A stretch of DNA of 64,000 bases from Octopus sinensis (GCF_006345805.1 NC_043014.1:35774001-35838000); one strand, 5' to 3'. Numbered from the stretch's first letter, positions 1 to 14,086 are shown. A program made the numbers and translations. The notes: generated from the letters alone by a model not told the origin.

Positions 1-436
1 AAAATAATATTTAGCACTACAGCATGAGAGATTTGAATAAAAGAACGGAAATCTGATTTCAACTAAGAATATGAGAATGAAACATTTATTTAGTATCCGT
101 GTGTTAGTATCAGTGTGTGTGTGTTCGTGTACGTGTAAATATAGACATACACACGTATAGATGTGTGTGCGTGTGTGTGTGTGGCGGGGTGTCTGGTCAG
201 CACTGAGATTTCTCGTTTTGGCTAGAACAAAAAACAAAAGACAAAAAAAACAATCTTCCAGTGCAGCCTCATGTCTAACGTTTCTTTTGTATTCATTATC
301 AAAGGTTTCTTTAACATTTTACGAAGTATAAGATACAGTGAAAGCCAGATGGAAATTAGAAATGCCAAAGTCCACTGTTGCTGTTATCGATCTTCTTCTT
401 CTTCTTCTTCTTCTTCTTCTTCTTCTTTTTCTTCTC

Positions 437-471
<35 letters not shown>

Positions 472-519
472 CGTTTATTTTCTTTGAACAGCGTCCACGG
501 TGCCAGCTGTTCACCACTA

Positions 520-810
520 GTGAACTAAGGTAACACCCCTTATTTTTCGAGCACCATCCGGAGTATTCGAGCGGTTCCAAGCAGTGCCATTTTCTGCAAG
601 TGCTCCACTCTTATTGCAGCCCCTATTTCTTCCATGTACTCAAGATTTTTACTCACTGTTCCCAGGGCTCCGACAATTATTGGTACTACTACCACCTTTT
701 TTCATCGACCACAACTGCTTAACCTCCCAATCATATCACAGGTTTTTGTTGGAACTCCTGGAGTCTTGCATGTGCAGTGGGCTTAACTATCTGTAGCCTA
801 CTGTACCATG
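520..810 (-). mobile_element. 3' end of a third R4/Dong-like subfamily
   Basis: Minus strand encodes KVVVVPIIVGALGTVSK and (other frame) IRVEHLQKMALL. Confidence 0.65.
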
Positions 811-1074
811 CTATTCGTTCTTATTATTTTCATTATCATCTTCTTTAAATTCTGTTTCCATTTCTTGCCGAGTGTCTCCCTGATACATAGGGCAGAGAAA
901 CGTTCTGTAAACATTGGTAGGCCATTAAAATAAACACACCAGATTGTTCATTTACAAAGTCATGTGACAGAGAAAAAAGGGGAAGAAGGACAGAAGGAAA
1001 AGGGAAAAACTAAAAAATAAAAAGTAAATAATGAAAATAACGGGGGAAAAGGAAAGATAATTCACAGCGACAAT

Positions 1075-1335
1075 GTTCTTCTCGGTACGTATGACGTACC
1101 AGTAAAGACAATCTTTTGGACTTCCTGCATGGATTGTAAGCCAGGGATCATTCTTAAATAGTTTTCAGTTCCATTTTTTTATGATTCCAAGTGCTCCTAC
1201 AATCACTGGTATTATAACCGTCTTGAGACGCCTCATCTTTTCGATTTCGATTAGCAAATGTTTATATTTTCTGCGCTTATCAAATTCTTTTGCCGAGATA
1301 TTATCGTCACAGGGTACGCTCATGTCAAGCAACAT
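1075..1335 (-). mobile_element. 3' end of a second R4/Dong-like subfamily
   Basis: Minus strand encodes LLDMSVPCDDNISAKEFDK..KYKHLLIEIEKM..LKTVIIPVIVGALG (endonuclease C-terminus). Confidence 0.75.
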
Positions 1336-1376
1336 GGTTACTTATTATTATTATTATGATTATTATTATTATTATT

Positions 1377-2480
1377 CAGTAGTTTTATTTTTATTTTTAT
1401 AGCGTGCTTTCACTTCACTACCGAGCGCAGCTCTGTGTGCCTTGGGTATGTGCTGTGATTTGTTGTGATGCTCTGATGGTTATTGTATGGAAAGTGTTCT
1501 GCGTAGGATGTGTGCAGTGCCTAGTAGTGCAATTTTCTGTATGTTATATGTGTTTGTAAATCCTGGTGTTTTTGTTATGTATTTGTCTGAATATTTTTTA
1601 TCATGCTAATGCACCTACTATGATAGGAATTGTTTCTGTTTTCAGATTCCACATTCTAGTTACCTCTATTTCCAGGTCTTTGTATTTGAGAGTTTCTCCA
1701 TTTCTTTTAGAGACACGTTGTCATCTGCCGGTACTGATACATCAATTAGAAAGCATTTTTTTTCTTCATGTCTCTGACAACTATATCTGGTCTGTTGGCC
1801 TTAATTTCTCTATCTGTGTGTATCGGCATATCCCAGAGTATGTTGCTTTCTCGTTTTCTGTGACCTTTTCTGGTGTGTGCCTATACCATCTTTTTTCTGT
1901 TGTTATTCCATAATGTTGGCATAACTTCCAATGTATGTAGGTTCCAACTCTGTCATGTCTGTGAATATATTCCTTCTTGGCCAGGACTGGGCAGCTAGAG
2001 ATAATATGATTTATGTTTCTTGTCCATCTCCACATATCTGCAGTTACTTGTAATATTTCTTTTCATTACATGTTTTTTGTAATTTCTGGTGGGGAGGCTT
2101 TGGTCTTGTGCTGCAATTAAAAATCCCTCTGTTTCTGCTTTGAGTCTGAGCTTCTCAACCTTGCTGAGATTTTCTTTGTCTATTTCTTTTGCGTTTAGTT
2201 TAGTCCAGTATTTACCATGAAGGGGCTTTTCTTGCCATCGTTTTATCATGGTTCGTTGCTGTTCTATTTTTAGTTTGGATTTCATTTTTTTTATAGCTTT
2301 TGTTGTTTCTTCATCTTCTTCTTCTTCTTCTTCATGTTTATTAGGTGGTATGATTTCTTGTTTGTATTTGTCGCTTCCTTAAATACTGAGAAGTTTTTTG
2401 TTTTGCTCGTGTTTTGCCGCTATCTGGATCAGTTTTCCTTCCTTCTGAAGTAGATATTTTGCAGTCCTATGGTGGTTATT
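1377..2480 (-). mobile_element. R4/Dong element, 3' 1.1-kb copy of the 24196-26590 family
   Basis: Reverse complement aligns closely with ~25500-26590 (WQEKPLHGKY, HIISSCPVL, RHDRVG). (TTA)n on both sides. Confidence 0.9.
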
Positions 2481-2501
2481 TTATTATTATTATTATTATT
2501 A

Positions 2502-2540
<39 letters not shown>

Positions 2541-2690
2541 CGTCATCATCATCACATGATTATTATTATTAGTAGTATTAGCATTATTATTATTATTATT
2601 ATCATCATTATTATCGTCATCATCATCACATTATTATTAGTAGTAGCATTAGCATTATTATTATTATTATCATCATCATCATCATCATCC

Positions 2691-2740
<50 letters not shown>

Positions 2741-2759
2741 CATTATTATTATTATTATT

Positions 2760-2794
<35 letters not shown>

Positions 2795-2879
2795 TATTGC
2801 TGTTGGATTCTTTTTGTTACTCTTGTTGTTTGTGTGCTGTCAGTTCCGATCCAACAGACTTGTGATCAAAGGCGTTCCA

Positions 2880-3320
2880 GCTGTCATCATGCCGTCTTGT
2901 ATATCTAGGACTGCATTATTCAGCATAGTCCTTCATATACAAAACGGAATGAGGTATCTGGATAGCATGACGCTGACATCTTGGTACGGATTGGTTAAGG
3001 AAGAATGAAATTTAGTATCGTCGCCATTGAAGTGAGCATTGCTGGCTGGTGACAGGATGTGGGTCGTTGGTGATAGAAGAATGTGGGGAACAAAGCCGAG
3101 CGCTCCGGTAGATGATGGGATGAGGGCTAGAGAAAATTCCATCATCATACGTCGCAATGGAGCCATCGCACAGGAACCCTCCGAAAGAAGGTGGAATAGA
3201 TGCATTCCATAGGTAGCAATTTTGCGTGAAGATCTGCATGCCAAATATGTTCGAAAGCTTGTACTGCTATCAAGTGCAATAAAAATGTTTTCGTTAAATT
3301 CTCGTGTGCCCACTGAGTGT
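2880..3320 (-). mobile_element. Heavily decayed Jockey/CR1-type reverse transcriptase fragment
   Basis: Frameshifted IALD / AFEHIWHADLHAKL / TYG ... GDDTKFHSS, resembling the ALDISKAFDRVWH..LL.KL..YG and ADD motifs. Confidence 0.5.
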
Positions 3321-3500
3321 AATGTCCCAATTAGATCAGGCTTTCCGAAATCCGTGAAAGGATTAGGGATGAAGATGGAGTCAAGATGTTAGGGAATATG
3401 GTTGTTTATAATTGTCTCAATCACTTTTGGTATGTTGAATGTTATAGCAACTGGACAACAGTAGATAGTGTCAGAAGGATTGCCGTTCCCAGAATCAAGA

Positions 3501-4047
<547 letters not shown>

Positions 4048-5062
4048 GGGGAGAAAGAATGGAAAACAGAAGAAAGAAATAAACCTTGAACAGCACAAGC
4101 GCCAACTTTAGGGTATATTATTATAGGGTAATAGAAGGGATATTATCAGAAATTGTAACCTTAATAGTTTAAAGCTAACTGAAAGCACCTTTGTATGTTA
4201 ATTATTTGGATGTAGGCATTGCTTTGAGCTCTTTCTTAGGAGCGCCATGACGGTTGTTTTAAACATTTTAGGCCAACCATGTATGATCACGGCCGATTTT
4301 TTGCTGAAAGAGAGAAAAAGAGCGAGTGAGAAAGAGAGTGCATGTGTGTGTGTGTGAAAGAGACAGACGGGGTAGTGAGATTGAGGGTGTAGTGAGAGGG
4401 AGAGAGAGAGAGAGAGAGAAAGAATGAAAAGAGAAGAACTGACTGTTGTACAGAAAAGGCACTCTTTTATTGACCCCAAGAAGATGAAGGCAAGGTTGAC
4501 CATAGCAGTATTTGAACTCATAGCGAAGAGAACCGGAGCGAATAACGCAAAGAATTCTAACCAAGATTTTAACAACTCCACCAGTCCTTCTTTAGAAAAC
4601 TAAGGGGGGAAAGTATGGTATTTTAAGTCCGACAGCGGTATTTCGTCCGTCTTAACGTTCTGTGTTCAAATTCCGCCTAGGTCGACTTTGCCTTTCATCC
4701 TTTCGCGGTCGATCAGTTAAGTACCAGTGAAACTTTGGGGTCGATGTAATTGACTAGTCTCCTTCCCCAAAATGTCAGACCTTGCATCTATAGTAGAAAA
4801 GATTATATTTTGTATTTCCTGTGCTCCATATATTTGTATCAAGCACAGTTGTGTCTATTACCATTAACACCTGCAGCTTGATGAGGATTTTCCATATAGC
4901 CACTGTTGACGCTGGGGTTCTTGCCCTCCACGAAGAATTTGGAGTATAAGTCCAAATCCTTTATTGTTCTACTATGTGTTTCCTATTATGTGTATACCCA
5001 GCTCTCACCTATTGTGTATTTACAACCCACAAAACAACCCATCAAATACACAATTGCACACA

Positions 5063-5106
<44 letters not shown>

Positions 5107-5177
5107 TACACACACTCATATATACACACATATATTAAATATGTATGCATATATCTATATACATACATACATATATA

Positions 5178-5237
<60 letters not shown>

Positions 5238-5241
<4 letters not shown>

Positions 5242-5435
5242 TAGTTTTATTTTTATAGCGTGCTTTCACTTCACTACCGAGTGCAGCTCTGTGTGCCTTG
5301 GGTATGTGCTGTGATTTGTTGTGATGCTCTGATGGTTATTGTATGGAAAGTGTTCTGCGTAGAATGTGTGCAGTGCCTAGTAGTGCAATTTTCTGTATGT
5401 TATATGTGTTTGTAAATCCTGGTGTTTTTGTTATG
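5238..5435 (-). mobile_element. R4/Dong element, 3'-terminal ~200-bp copy of the same family
   Basis: Near-identical to 1377-1575; its 3' end abuts (TTA)n. Confidence 0.85.
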
Positions 5436-5520
5436 TTTTCCTTCCATATTTTATATGTATGTGTTGTTGTATTTTCATTTTGTGGGTAGAGCATTGCTGT
5501 GAAGTATGCGTGTAAGATAG

Positions 5521-5582
<62 letters not shown>

Positions 5583-5610
5583 GATTATTAAAAAGCAGCA
5601 AAAAATTACG

Positions 5611-5656
5611 AAAACTGTTACTCAGAGTTTCACGTTCCCGTTCGTCGGACAGTTTT
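5611..5656 (-). ncRNA. Hammerhead-like motif with CCGANGA core variant
   Basis: Minus strand: aaaactgt CCGACGA acg-ggaa-cgt GAA ACTCTGAGT A acagtttt. 8-bp stem I, GNRA-capped stem II, quasi-palindromic stem III; U4 is replaced by C. Confidence 0.6.
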
Positions 5657-5905
5657 GTTTAGATGTATGTATGTATGTATGTATGTATGTATGTATGTAT
5701 GTTTGTATGTATGTATGTATGTATGTATGTATGTATGTATGTATGTATGTATGTATGTATGTAGTATGTATGTATGTATTCGTGCATTCAAGAATGTGAT
5801 ATATAAAGAAGCCTCTAAGTTGTCATTTCACCTGCTAGTCGGAGCAGCCAATTCTCATTCAAATTACATACTAATATCTTGCAAATGGAAGGCTAGAAAT
5901 GTGTG

Positions 5906-5939
<34 letters not shown>

Positions 5940-6689
5940 ATATATATATATGCTGAAACATAGAAATATACGATATGACTGCTGCGTATGCCTGGAATGC
6001 GTTTGATCATGGTTCTGCTCCTACAGGGAACACACGGGATTAAACAACGATTGTCACCATCCTACCCAACCAACCAACCGGCTTATCTAACCACTCGTTC
6101 TCATAAGCTACGCGGAATATTCACTTTGACGAGTCCGGCAGACGAAAACGGTAACTGGATAGCATAGCTCCATTATTTTCAATCATCGCCCGAATCTCTC
6201 TCCCATTCCTAAGAGAAACAAAGGATGCTGTGTGCGAGATTTTTTTTGCGATCTACGAACGCATATATATATCTGTTGGTACATGTGTATATGTGTGCCT
6301 GCGGAGTTTGTGTGTGTGTGATGGGGTCTGATAGCTGGGAGAGAATGAAATGAGGTAGACTGGATCACGTGATCATTGCATAAAAACGATGCGGGGACAT
6401 GAGATAAATAGTGTGTTTGTATTTCTATCTCTCCACTATACACACACACATAAACACACGCATACACACACACAATCACACACACACACACACACTCACA
6501 CACACACGAAAGGGTGCTGAAATATTCCTGGTTTCAATGGCTTTAAATGTATGGCGAAAGACTTAGGTAGAAGAGCTTAGACAAAGTGAATCTGAGAGAG
6601 GAATATATTGAATAAAATCATAGTTAACTGATCCCCTTCTATTCTCTTTTAACCAAAGCCAGAAACTTTTCAATGCGCTCTCATATTTT

Positions 6690-7097
6690 GTCTTTTACAT
6701 GTTTCAGTCATTAAACTGCTTCCAAGCCGAGGCACCACCATGAAGGCTTTAGTCAAACAAATCGACTCCACTGCTTTTTTTCAAGAATGGTACTTATTCT
6801 ATCGATGTCTTTTCCCGAATCGCTAGCTTACGAGGATGTAAACAATCCAACACCGGTTGTCAAACAGTGGTGGGAGACGAACAAGCACAAAGACATTCAG
6901 ACTCACACATACATACATATATACACGCGCGCACACACACACATATATTACGGGCTTCTTTCAGTTTCCATCTACAAAATCTACACCCAAGTCTTTGCCC
7001 GGCTCGTGGCAGTGGTTGAGAAGCAAGTTTCTAGTCAGGCCTCAAAACATCAAAACCCAGTTACCAGCGTAGTAGGCAGGTATACTTACCACCACAC
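6690..7097 (-). mobile_element. SINE family A
   Basis: Reverse-complement similarity to 31728-32148. Confidence 0.7.
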
Positions 7098-7247
7098 TAC
7101 ATACATACATACATACATACATACATACATACATACATACATACATACATACATACAGACAGACATACTTACATACCTACATACATTCATAGACACGTAT
7201 ATCACTTTGTATATATAACATTGTATACACCCGTTCATTGAATTCGG

Positions 7248-7511
7248 TCAGACCTGGCTGCGGTCCGTGATGTCTGGCGCCACACGATCTTCAACACAGT
7301 CAGCAAGTTTGAGAAACAAAGAAGAGATGCACTTAAAGACAAGAGACGCAAGAGAAAGGTGCAAGCCACCTCTGACACCACACCGGATGTTACCTTCGTC
7401 TGTGGACACTGCTCACGGACCTGCCTTTCCCACATTGGACTTGTCAGTCATGAGCGTGTATGCACGCGACGTGGACAGCCTTCCTGATCTTCGTTCGCGA
7501 GGCCAAGCCAT
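7248..7511 (+). mobile_element. RTE-clade (BovB-like) LINE 3' end
   Basis: Open frame 7248-7487 SDLAAVRDVWRHTIF...FVCGHCSRTCLSHIGLVSHERVC...stop, with the C2H2-like C-terminus typical of RTE ORF2. Confidence 0.8.
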
Positions 7512-7526
7512 GCCATATACATATAC

Positions 7527-7774
7527 GGTACAGGACGTCACAAAACGTAAACAACATAAAATACGAGGCAAACTTGGGTATGCCGACAACGAGAGAAACA
7601 AATAGAAAACAAGACAAGTAACATAAAGAAACGGGAAGTAGATGAACAGCCGACAACTGATGAAGGGTCGTTCTTTATGTTGCTTGTCTTGTTTTCCATT
7701 TATTTCTCTCATTGTTCGCATACTCAAGTTTGTCTCGTATTTCATGTTGTTTACGTTTTGTGACGTCCTGTACC
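7527..7774. repeat. Inverted repeat with 104-bp arms and a 40-nt loop
   Basis: GGTACAGGACGTCACAAAACGTAAACAAC...ACATAAAGAA (7527-7630) pairs with TTCTTTATGT...GTGACGTCCTGTACC (7671-7774). Confidence 0.85.
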
Positions 7775-8299
7775 CATATATGCATATATATATTTTCATA
7801 TATATGTAAGTATGTACATATATGTATGTGTATATATATATGTGTGTGTGTGTGTATGTATATATATATATATATATATATCTATATATATAATATATTA
7901 TATGATTGAACGCCACACATCCATTTCCAAGTAAGTTTATCTTATATATATATATGTATATCTTTACATCTCTCTCTCTCCCCTCTCTCTCTCTCCCCCC
8001 CTCTCTCTCTCTCTGTTTCTTTGGCGTTTAAAATTACAATGTTGACATCAACTGTAAACTTCCACAAAAATAATTATATTGGCAGGCTTAAGATCAGTGT
8101 AAAGAACCTTCGAGTGTTGCATGATATCATTCAGATAGCATCTGCAAAAAAATAGCTACAATAGTTAAATACATCGACTAAGTGTTCAAAAGTGAAGGGT
8201 AAAACATTTTGAAGGTCGATAATGAGCTCCTCAAGAAACTCCCACTTCCTAATGACTTCATTTAAGAATCCAGAAGAACAGGACGAGCATATCTCAGCA

Positions 8300-8640
8300 A
8301 AGACCTAGTAGAGAAACAGTTTGCATTCACAGAAAGGTTATGACTTGGTATATTCTAGTAAATCTGCAGATGATAATAATAACTTGATGGGTCGCCTCTC
8401 TTGAATGCGTAGCCGTTACATTATGTCACATTTCGAAAGTTTTACTTTTGTAATCGAAGAGCAGAAGATAGCTACGAAATATCTTGTGAACAAACGAACG
8501 ATGAAGGCAAGATACAATTGCAAACATCGTTTATGCCATTATTATGTCGAGGATATGAGAAAATATAACCAGAAATTCATCAGAAATATCATCGAGGTAC
8601 TACCTCCCATTGCAACACGATGTTGTTGCTGAAACAATAT
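8300..8640 (+). mobile_element. Decayed R4-like non-LTR fragment
   Basis: FVIEEQKIATKYL...CKHRLC...VED resembles the AIQEQ.I.TK...CRLC segment at 13740-13890. Confidence 0.5.
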
Positions 8641-9575
8641 ACAATGCCATCCGCTGAAAAGGGATATATAAAAAACATTTCTACTGAATACATATATATG
8701 GGAGCAAGGAATATTAGCGGAGCATTCCTATCAAAACTGCTACTAAGTTTAAATATAATAGACCTGAATATAGTTATTTGAGACAGAAAAATTAGAGAGG
8801 TGAGTTGCCCTGTAGATGTGAACTTCTCTTTCGGAATCAGAGAGGTTAAATATTTATGGATAACTGCTTCAAAACCTGCAACTTTTCTATCCTTAAATCC
8901 TTAAAAATGTCTTAGCCAGAAGGCCGCGGCCATGCTGGGGCACCACCGCTGATAATTTATACAAATAATTTATACCAATAAGCATCTGTGCACTTGGTTA
9001 TGTTAATAAATATCGAAGCAAAACCTGGAAAAGCTAAGATATTCAAGCAAAGAAAGAGACCAGTTAACACGAACTTTACTAATGCAGTCTATAAGTGGAA
9101 TAGTAAAAATATCCAAGATTTTCCAAAGGTCTCGGATATTTTTACAATGATTCAATTATCACTGCTATTAATCAAACTTTGGTGATGACGTTTCTGTTTC
9201 CTTGTTAGAAACCATTTCCCACCTTCTAGGAAGAATTCTTAATAGATTAAAACAAAGAGTGAAGGCATACGGATGTAGATGAAGATAAGCAAGAGGATGG
9301 GTTTTCCCTACATTTTGAGCTGAAGGGACGGAGAGTGCTTATAGCACTTAATGCACCCTCTTTCTCAACCTCAAACTCACGAATGTATTTGCATGCCTCT
9401 AGTTCCTAAAACACATATTCATGGTTGTATTCAGGCTAAATGGCTAAGAAGCTCGCTTTGTATCTACGTGATTACGGTTTTAGTCTTATTGCGCTTCACC
9501 TTGAGCAAGTGCCTTTCACTATAGCACTGATATAAAAACGGTTTGCGGTAAAGGAAAACTATGTGGAAACCCAAC

Positions 9576-9610
<35 letters not shown>

Positions 9611-9919
9611 ATATATATATATATATATATATATACTCCCCAGTTAGTAAGTACTATACCTACTCATAATAAGTGATAGTCTCTTTCTCCAAATTTGAAT
9701 AAATTTTAGATTTATATTTTTTCCTTTATTCTAACGTGTCAAAGTACTTAGAACTTATAGACCACTGTTGTGATGATGTGCATAGGGTTTGTAAGGTCTC
9801 TTGATTTTGTCGACTACACAGTATAGTAGGATCAGTTGGGCACCGTCTGAGAGAAAAACAGCACCATGGCACAATTCACTCAGCCAGAAATTTGGAAACG
9901 ATATGCTGTACTGCTTGGC

Positions 9920-10326
9920 ATTTGCATGTGGTTGAGAAGCATGATTGCGAATTCAATCCCACTGCATGGAACTTGGGCAAGTGTCTTCTACAATAACTTC
10001 AGGCTGACCAAAGTCTTGACTGGATTTGGTTGACAGAAACTGAAAGAAGCCTGTCGTGTATGTATATATTTGTTTGTGTGTGCACGTGTTCGTGTTTGTG
10101 TGTCTGTGTGTGTGTGGTGTGTGTGTCTGTGTGTTTTGTCCCCCGACGCCGCTTGACGACCGGTATTAGTGTGTATATGTCCTTGTAACTCAGCGGTTCG
10201 CCAAACAAGACCAATAGAATAAGTACCAGACTTCCAAAAAAATAAGTACTGGGATCGACTTGTTCGACACAAATTCCTCAATTGGTGACCCAGTATGGCC
10301 ACAGTCTAATGACTAAAACAAGTGAA
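9920..10326 (+). mobile_element. SINE family A
   Basis: TTGGGCAAGTGTCTTCTAC...GAAACTGAAAGAAGCC...CAGCGGTTCG. Confidence 0.75.
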
Positions 10327-10327
10327 C

Positions 10328-10414
<87 letters not shown>

Positions 10415-11299
10415 TGTGGACAAGTATGCCCGTACGAGTGTGTTTAGCAGCGGTAGCAATGGTGGTGTTAGTGTTACTCTTAACTGTAGAGCTGAGAGGA
10501 GATAGGACTACTGCTGCTGCTGCTGCTGCTGGCAATAAGGAGGTGGAGCAAGAGAAGGAAGTCTGTAGTGATGAGGAAGACGGTGAAAGCGAGAGAAATG
10601 GTGAAGACGTAGGTAATGGCAATGCGTGAGAATATTCTTAATTTTCATAACAAGGCCATTTTTTGTGCTTCGAAGTCTGAAGTCTGTCTCTGCGTGCGTA
10701 AGTGTATGTGTGTGGTTGTACGTGTTTGTTCGTGTGTGCGTGTTACGTTCATGTGTATGTGTGAAGCGGGGAGGGGGTAGTGTGAGTGTGCTATGCGTTT
10801 GTGAGTTTTGTGCGTATATGAGATTGGGCTGTGTAATTGTGTGTATGCAATTGTGTATATATATACTTGCACACGCGCACATGTAATGTGTGTGTGTGTG
10901 TGTATAAATATGAATGTATTTACGTATATGTGCGTATGTAAGATTATCAAGATGTGTGTGTGTATGTGTGTGTGTGTATATGTGTGTTTGTAACGACAGA
11001 TATATATGCGTGTATAATATATTAGGTTAATTGTAGGCAATGAGTCACACACGCATACACATACATATACATACTTGTAACATTGTTTTTGTATATATGA
11101 CAATACGTTATTTATGTGTCAGTGTGTATGAGTGTATTAGTGTGTGTATGTACTTATATATATATATATATATATATCATATATTATATAATATATATTA
11201 AATATATATATGTGTGTTTATATGTATATATATATATGTGTATATATGTATTTATATAATGGATATGTATACTTTATTAAAGCAGCAGAAAATTTAACA

Positions 11300-11344
11300 A
11301 AGCCTTTACTCTGAGTTTCCCGTTGCCGTTCATCGGACAGTTTT
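11300..11344 (-). ncRNA. Degenerate copy of the CCGANGA hammerhead-like motif
   Basis: aaaactgt CCGATGA acggcaacgg GAA ACTCAGAGT A aaggc. Stem I is broken; same family as 5611-5656. Confidence 0.4.
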
Positions 11345-11353
11345 TGCTACGAT

Positions 11354-11389
<36 letters not shown>

Positions 11390-11390
11390 A

Positions 11391-11437
<47 letters not shown>

Positions 11438-13206
11438 TAGATAGATAGATAGATACATACATACATACATACATACATACATCTAATACGAAAAATAGAA
11501 GAGTCATACATACGTTACACGCATATACACACAGATACGCACGCATACATATATATATATATGTGTGTATGCTTATATGTATGTGTATATATGCTTACAT
11601 GTATGTGTATATATGTGTGTGTTTGCGTGCACGTGTACATGTTAAAGACAATATGGCGTTTGTGTTTGAGCTCAAAATTTTTCTATTCAAAATTTTTCAC
11701 ATTCCCTTTGCGTTTATGTTTGGAACAATAATGTCCCTATGTCCATTGATGTTTCGAAATCTTCTCGACCTCAAATTCTGAATGAATTGGTGATTGTAGT
11801 AGGCAGCAAGAGGTTATGGGAATGATATCGTAACCGATAAAGATCAACATTGCCAGATTTAACACTGACTAACGGTTCAACTCTTCGTTACTACCATAGT
11901 TTATTTCCACGTGTGCTGTATCTGTGTTGATTTTAGGTTTGTATTTTACTATCAATAAAGCCTCCATTGTTAATCTCTCAGGTTTACATGGCGGAATTCT
12001 CTATAGGATAGAAGTGTTATCGACTGATATTTTTTATATAACTTCTATAAAAGCATGGTCTTTCTTATATGCCTGTTATATCAATTTTTTTCTCTGCCTA
12101 CCCGAGTCATGCTGACTCATAAGGGCTGGTTTCCCGATTTCATGACGTATAAATTTCCCACCTGGATGGGCGCCGGTCCGTCGTAGGATTACTCATTTTT
12201 GCCAGCAGAGTAGAGTGTAGCGACGTGAAATGATGTGTTTTGCTCAAGAACACAACGTGTCGCCCGGTCCAGGAATCGAAACCACAATCTTACGATTATG
12301 AGTCCAACACCCTAACCACAAACTCACGCACTTCTTATAACAATAGTAAGTACTGTCTCATGCCCAAGGTTTCACAGAGTCAGAATCCAGTTCCTATGAC
12401 ATATATATGACCTAGAACACAACATTTTCCGCTCAACTGGATGCCAGTCCTTCTCGCCCGGTTTTGGAATCGAAACGATGATGTTGCTATCATAAGTGCA
12501 ACACGTGTTCTACTGTTATAATAATGCTTGCTTGCTTGCTTCATGCTCTAGCTCGACTTGGCAGGAGTCACTCCGGGTTAGTGGCACCAGAGACAGCATT
12601 TGAGCCTCTGGAGATCTTCCCCATTCACATCCAGCCATCTGGTGAAGTGCCTGCCATGAGGCCTCTTCCAGCCCACAGCTGCTGCGTCGAATGAGAGTAA
12701 AGCCCTGGTAGAATGATCTAGTGGGAGATGGAAGACGTCCGCAGCAGCGCATTCGAGGGAGTGCGACGGATAGCTATGAGGTGGGAGGCTACGGGCTGAT
12801 TGCGGGTGCGCACGCAGGTTTTGTTATAACAATACAAAAACTAATTCATTGACACATATGCACCAATACAAATTCCAATAAAAGCATAAAAATTGCACAT
12901 AATACGCCACATGAAGCAAATTCACACTAGTTGTAGAATTAATAAATACGTTATTCAAACATATAAAACGGAATATGTGAATCATTTCTAACCGTAATCT
13001 AAGTTACAACTATATTACAAAAACACTAAAATTTAAAGAAAAAAAGCCTTTTTACTGATATGAAACCGCAAACCTCAAACCTGTAAACTTCTACTTTGCA
13101 AGCTACAAACTTGCAAGCCACAATGAATCTCATTATACAAATTTCAATGTAAATACGGAAGTTTTAAATGCCATTACTCAAATTATCATACTGAACACAT
13201 GACCGT

Positions 13207-13895
13207 TTGACCCACTATGTGATTGCAGTGCCAGTACTTATTCAAACATTTGGGCTGCTTAATTGGATGTTTCATGAGATCCTAGCCATGGATGGGAAAA
13301 CTCGAAAGATAATAACAAACACTCATAATTTCCACATCAATAGTGACGTAGACAGCCTCTACCTAAAACGAAAACAAGGCAACAGAGGCCTAACATCGAT
13401 CCAAACTGCCTTTGAATGTCGTGTCATATGCCTTCGGCAACATAACCACCAAGTGTCGAAGTGCATCCCTTGACTAAGTTTGCATACATGAGGCTGATAA
13501 CATCATAAGATTTGGAAGGCAACTCTTTCAGCAGCATTCCTTGTCTGATAATCTTAAATACATGTCCAAAAATGTCGCACGACTCCTCCGCAACATATCA
13601 GATGAAAGGATGAACGTATATGAGCAGAAGACCTTGCATGGATATGCTACTAGAAAACTCCGAGATGGTAGTAACATTGATGATTAAAGTGGTCTATCAT
13701 GGACCAACAACTGGATTACTACCTCCCACTTTGTAAGGTATGCGTTTGCAATCCAGGAACAGGAAATATCAACCAAACATTTGATGCATAAAAGGGACAG
13801 AAATGCAGAAAATGCAGTAAAATGTGACAGTCGATGCAGACTTTGTGGAGTTAACACCGAACATATCACCTACGTCATAAACAGTTGTCCAAATA
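13207..13895 (+). mobile_element. Decayed R4-like non-LTR fragment
   Basis: SDVDSLYLKRKQGNRGL, AFAIQEQEISTKHL and CRLCGVNTEHITYVINSCP (zinc knuckle). Confidence 0.75.
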
Positions 13896-13896
13896 T

Positions 13897-13927
<31 letters not shown>

Positions 13928-13987
13928 ATATATATATAATATATATATATATATAATATTATAATATATATATATATATATATATAC

Positions 13988-14086
<99 letters not shown>

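Noticed and set aside
2469-3008. Long hydrophobic poly-Ile/Tyr ORFs and all YI/HT/CV/MYVC/LS-rich ORFs in the track
   Set aside because: Translations of (TTA)n, (TA)n, (CA)n, (TACA)n and (CT)n microsatellites.
6122-6158. TTGACGA-gtc-cggca-gac-GAAA hammerhead-like string
   Set aside because: C3 is mutated and no stem I can be formed; may be chance.
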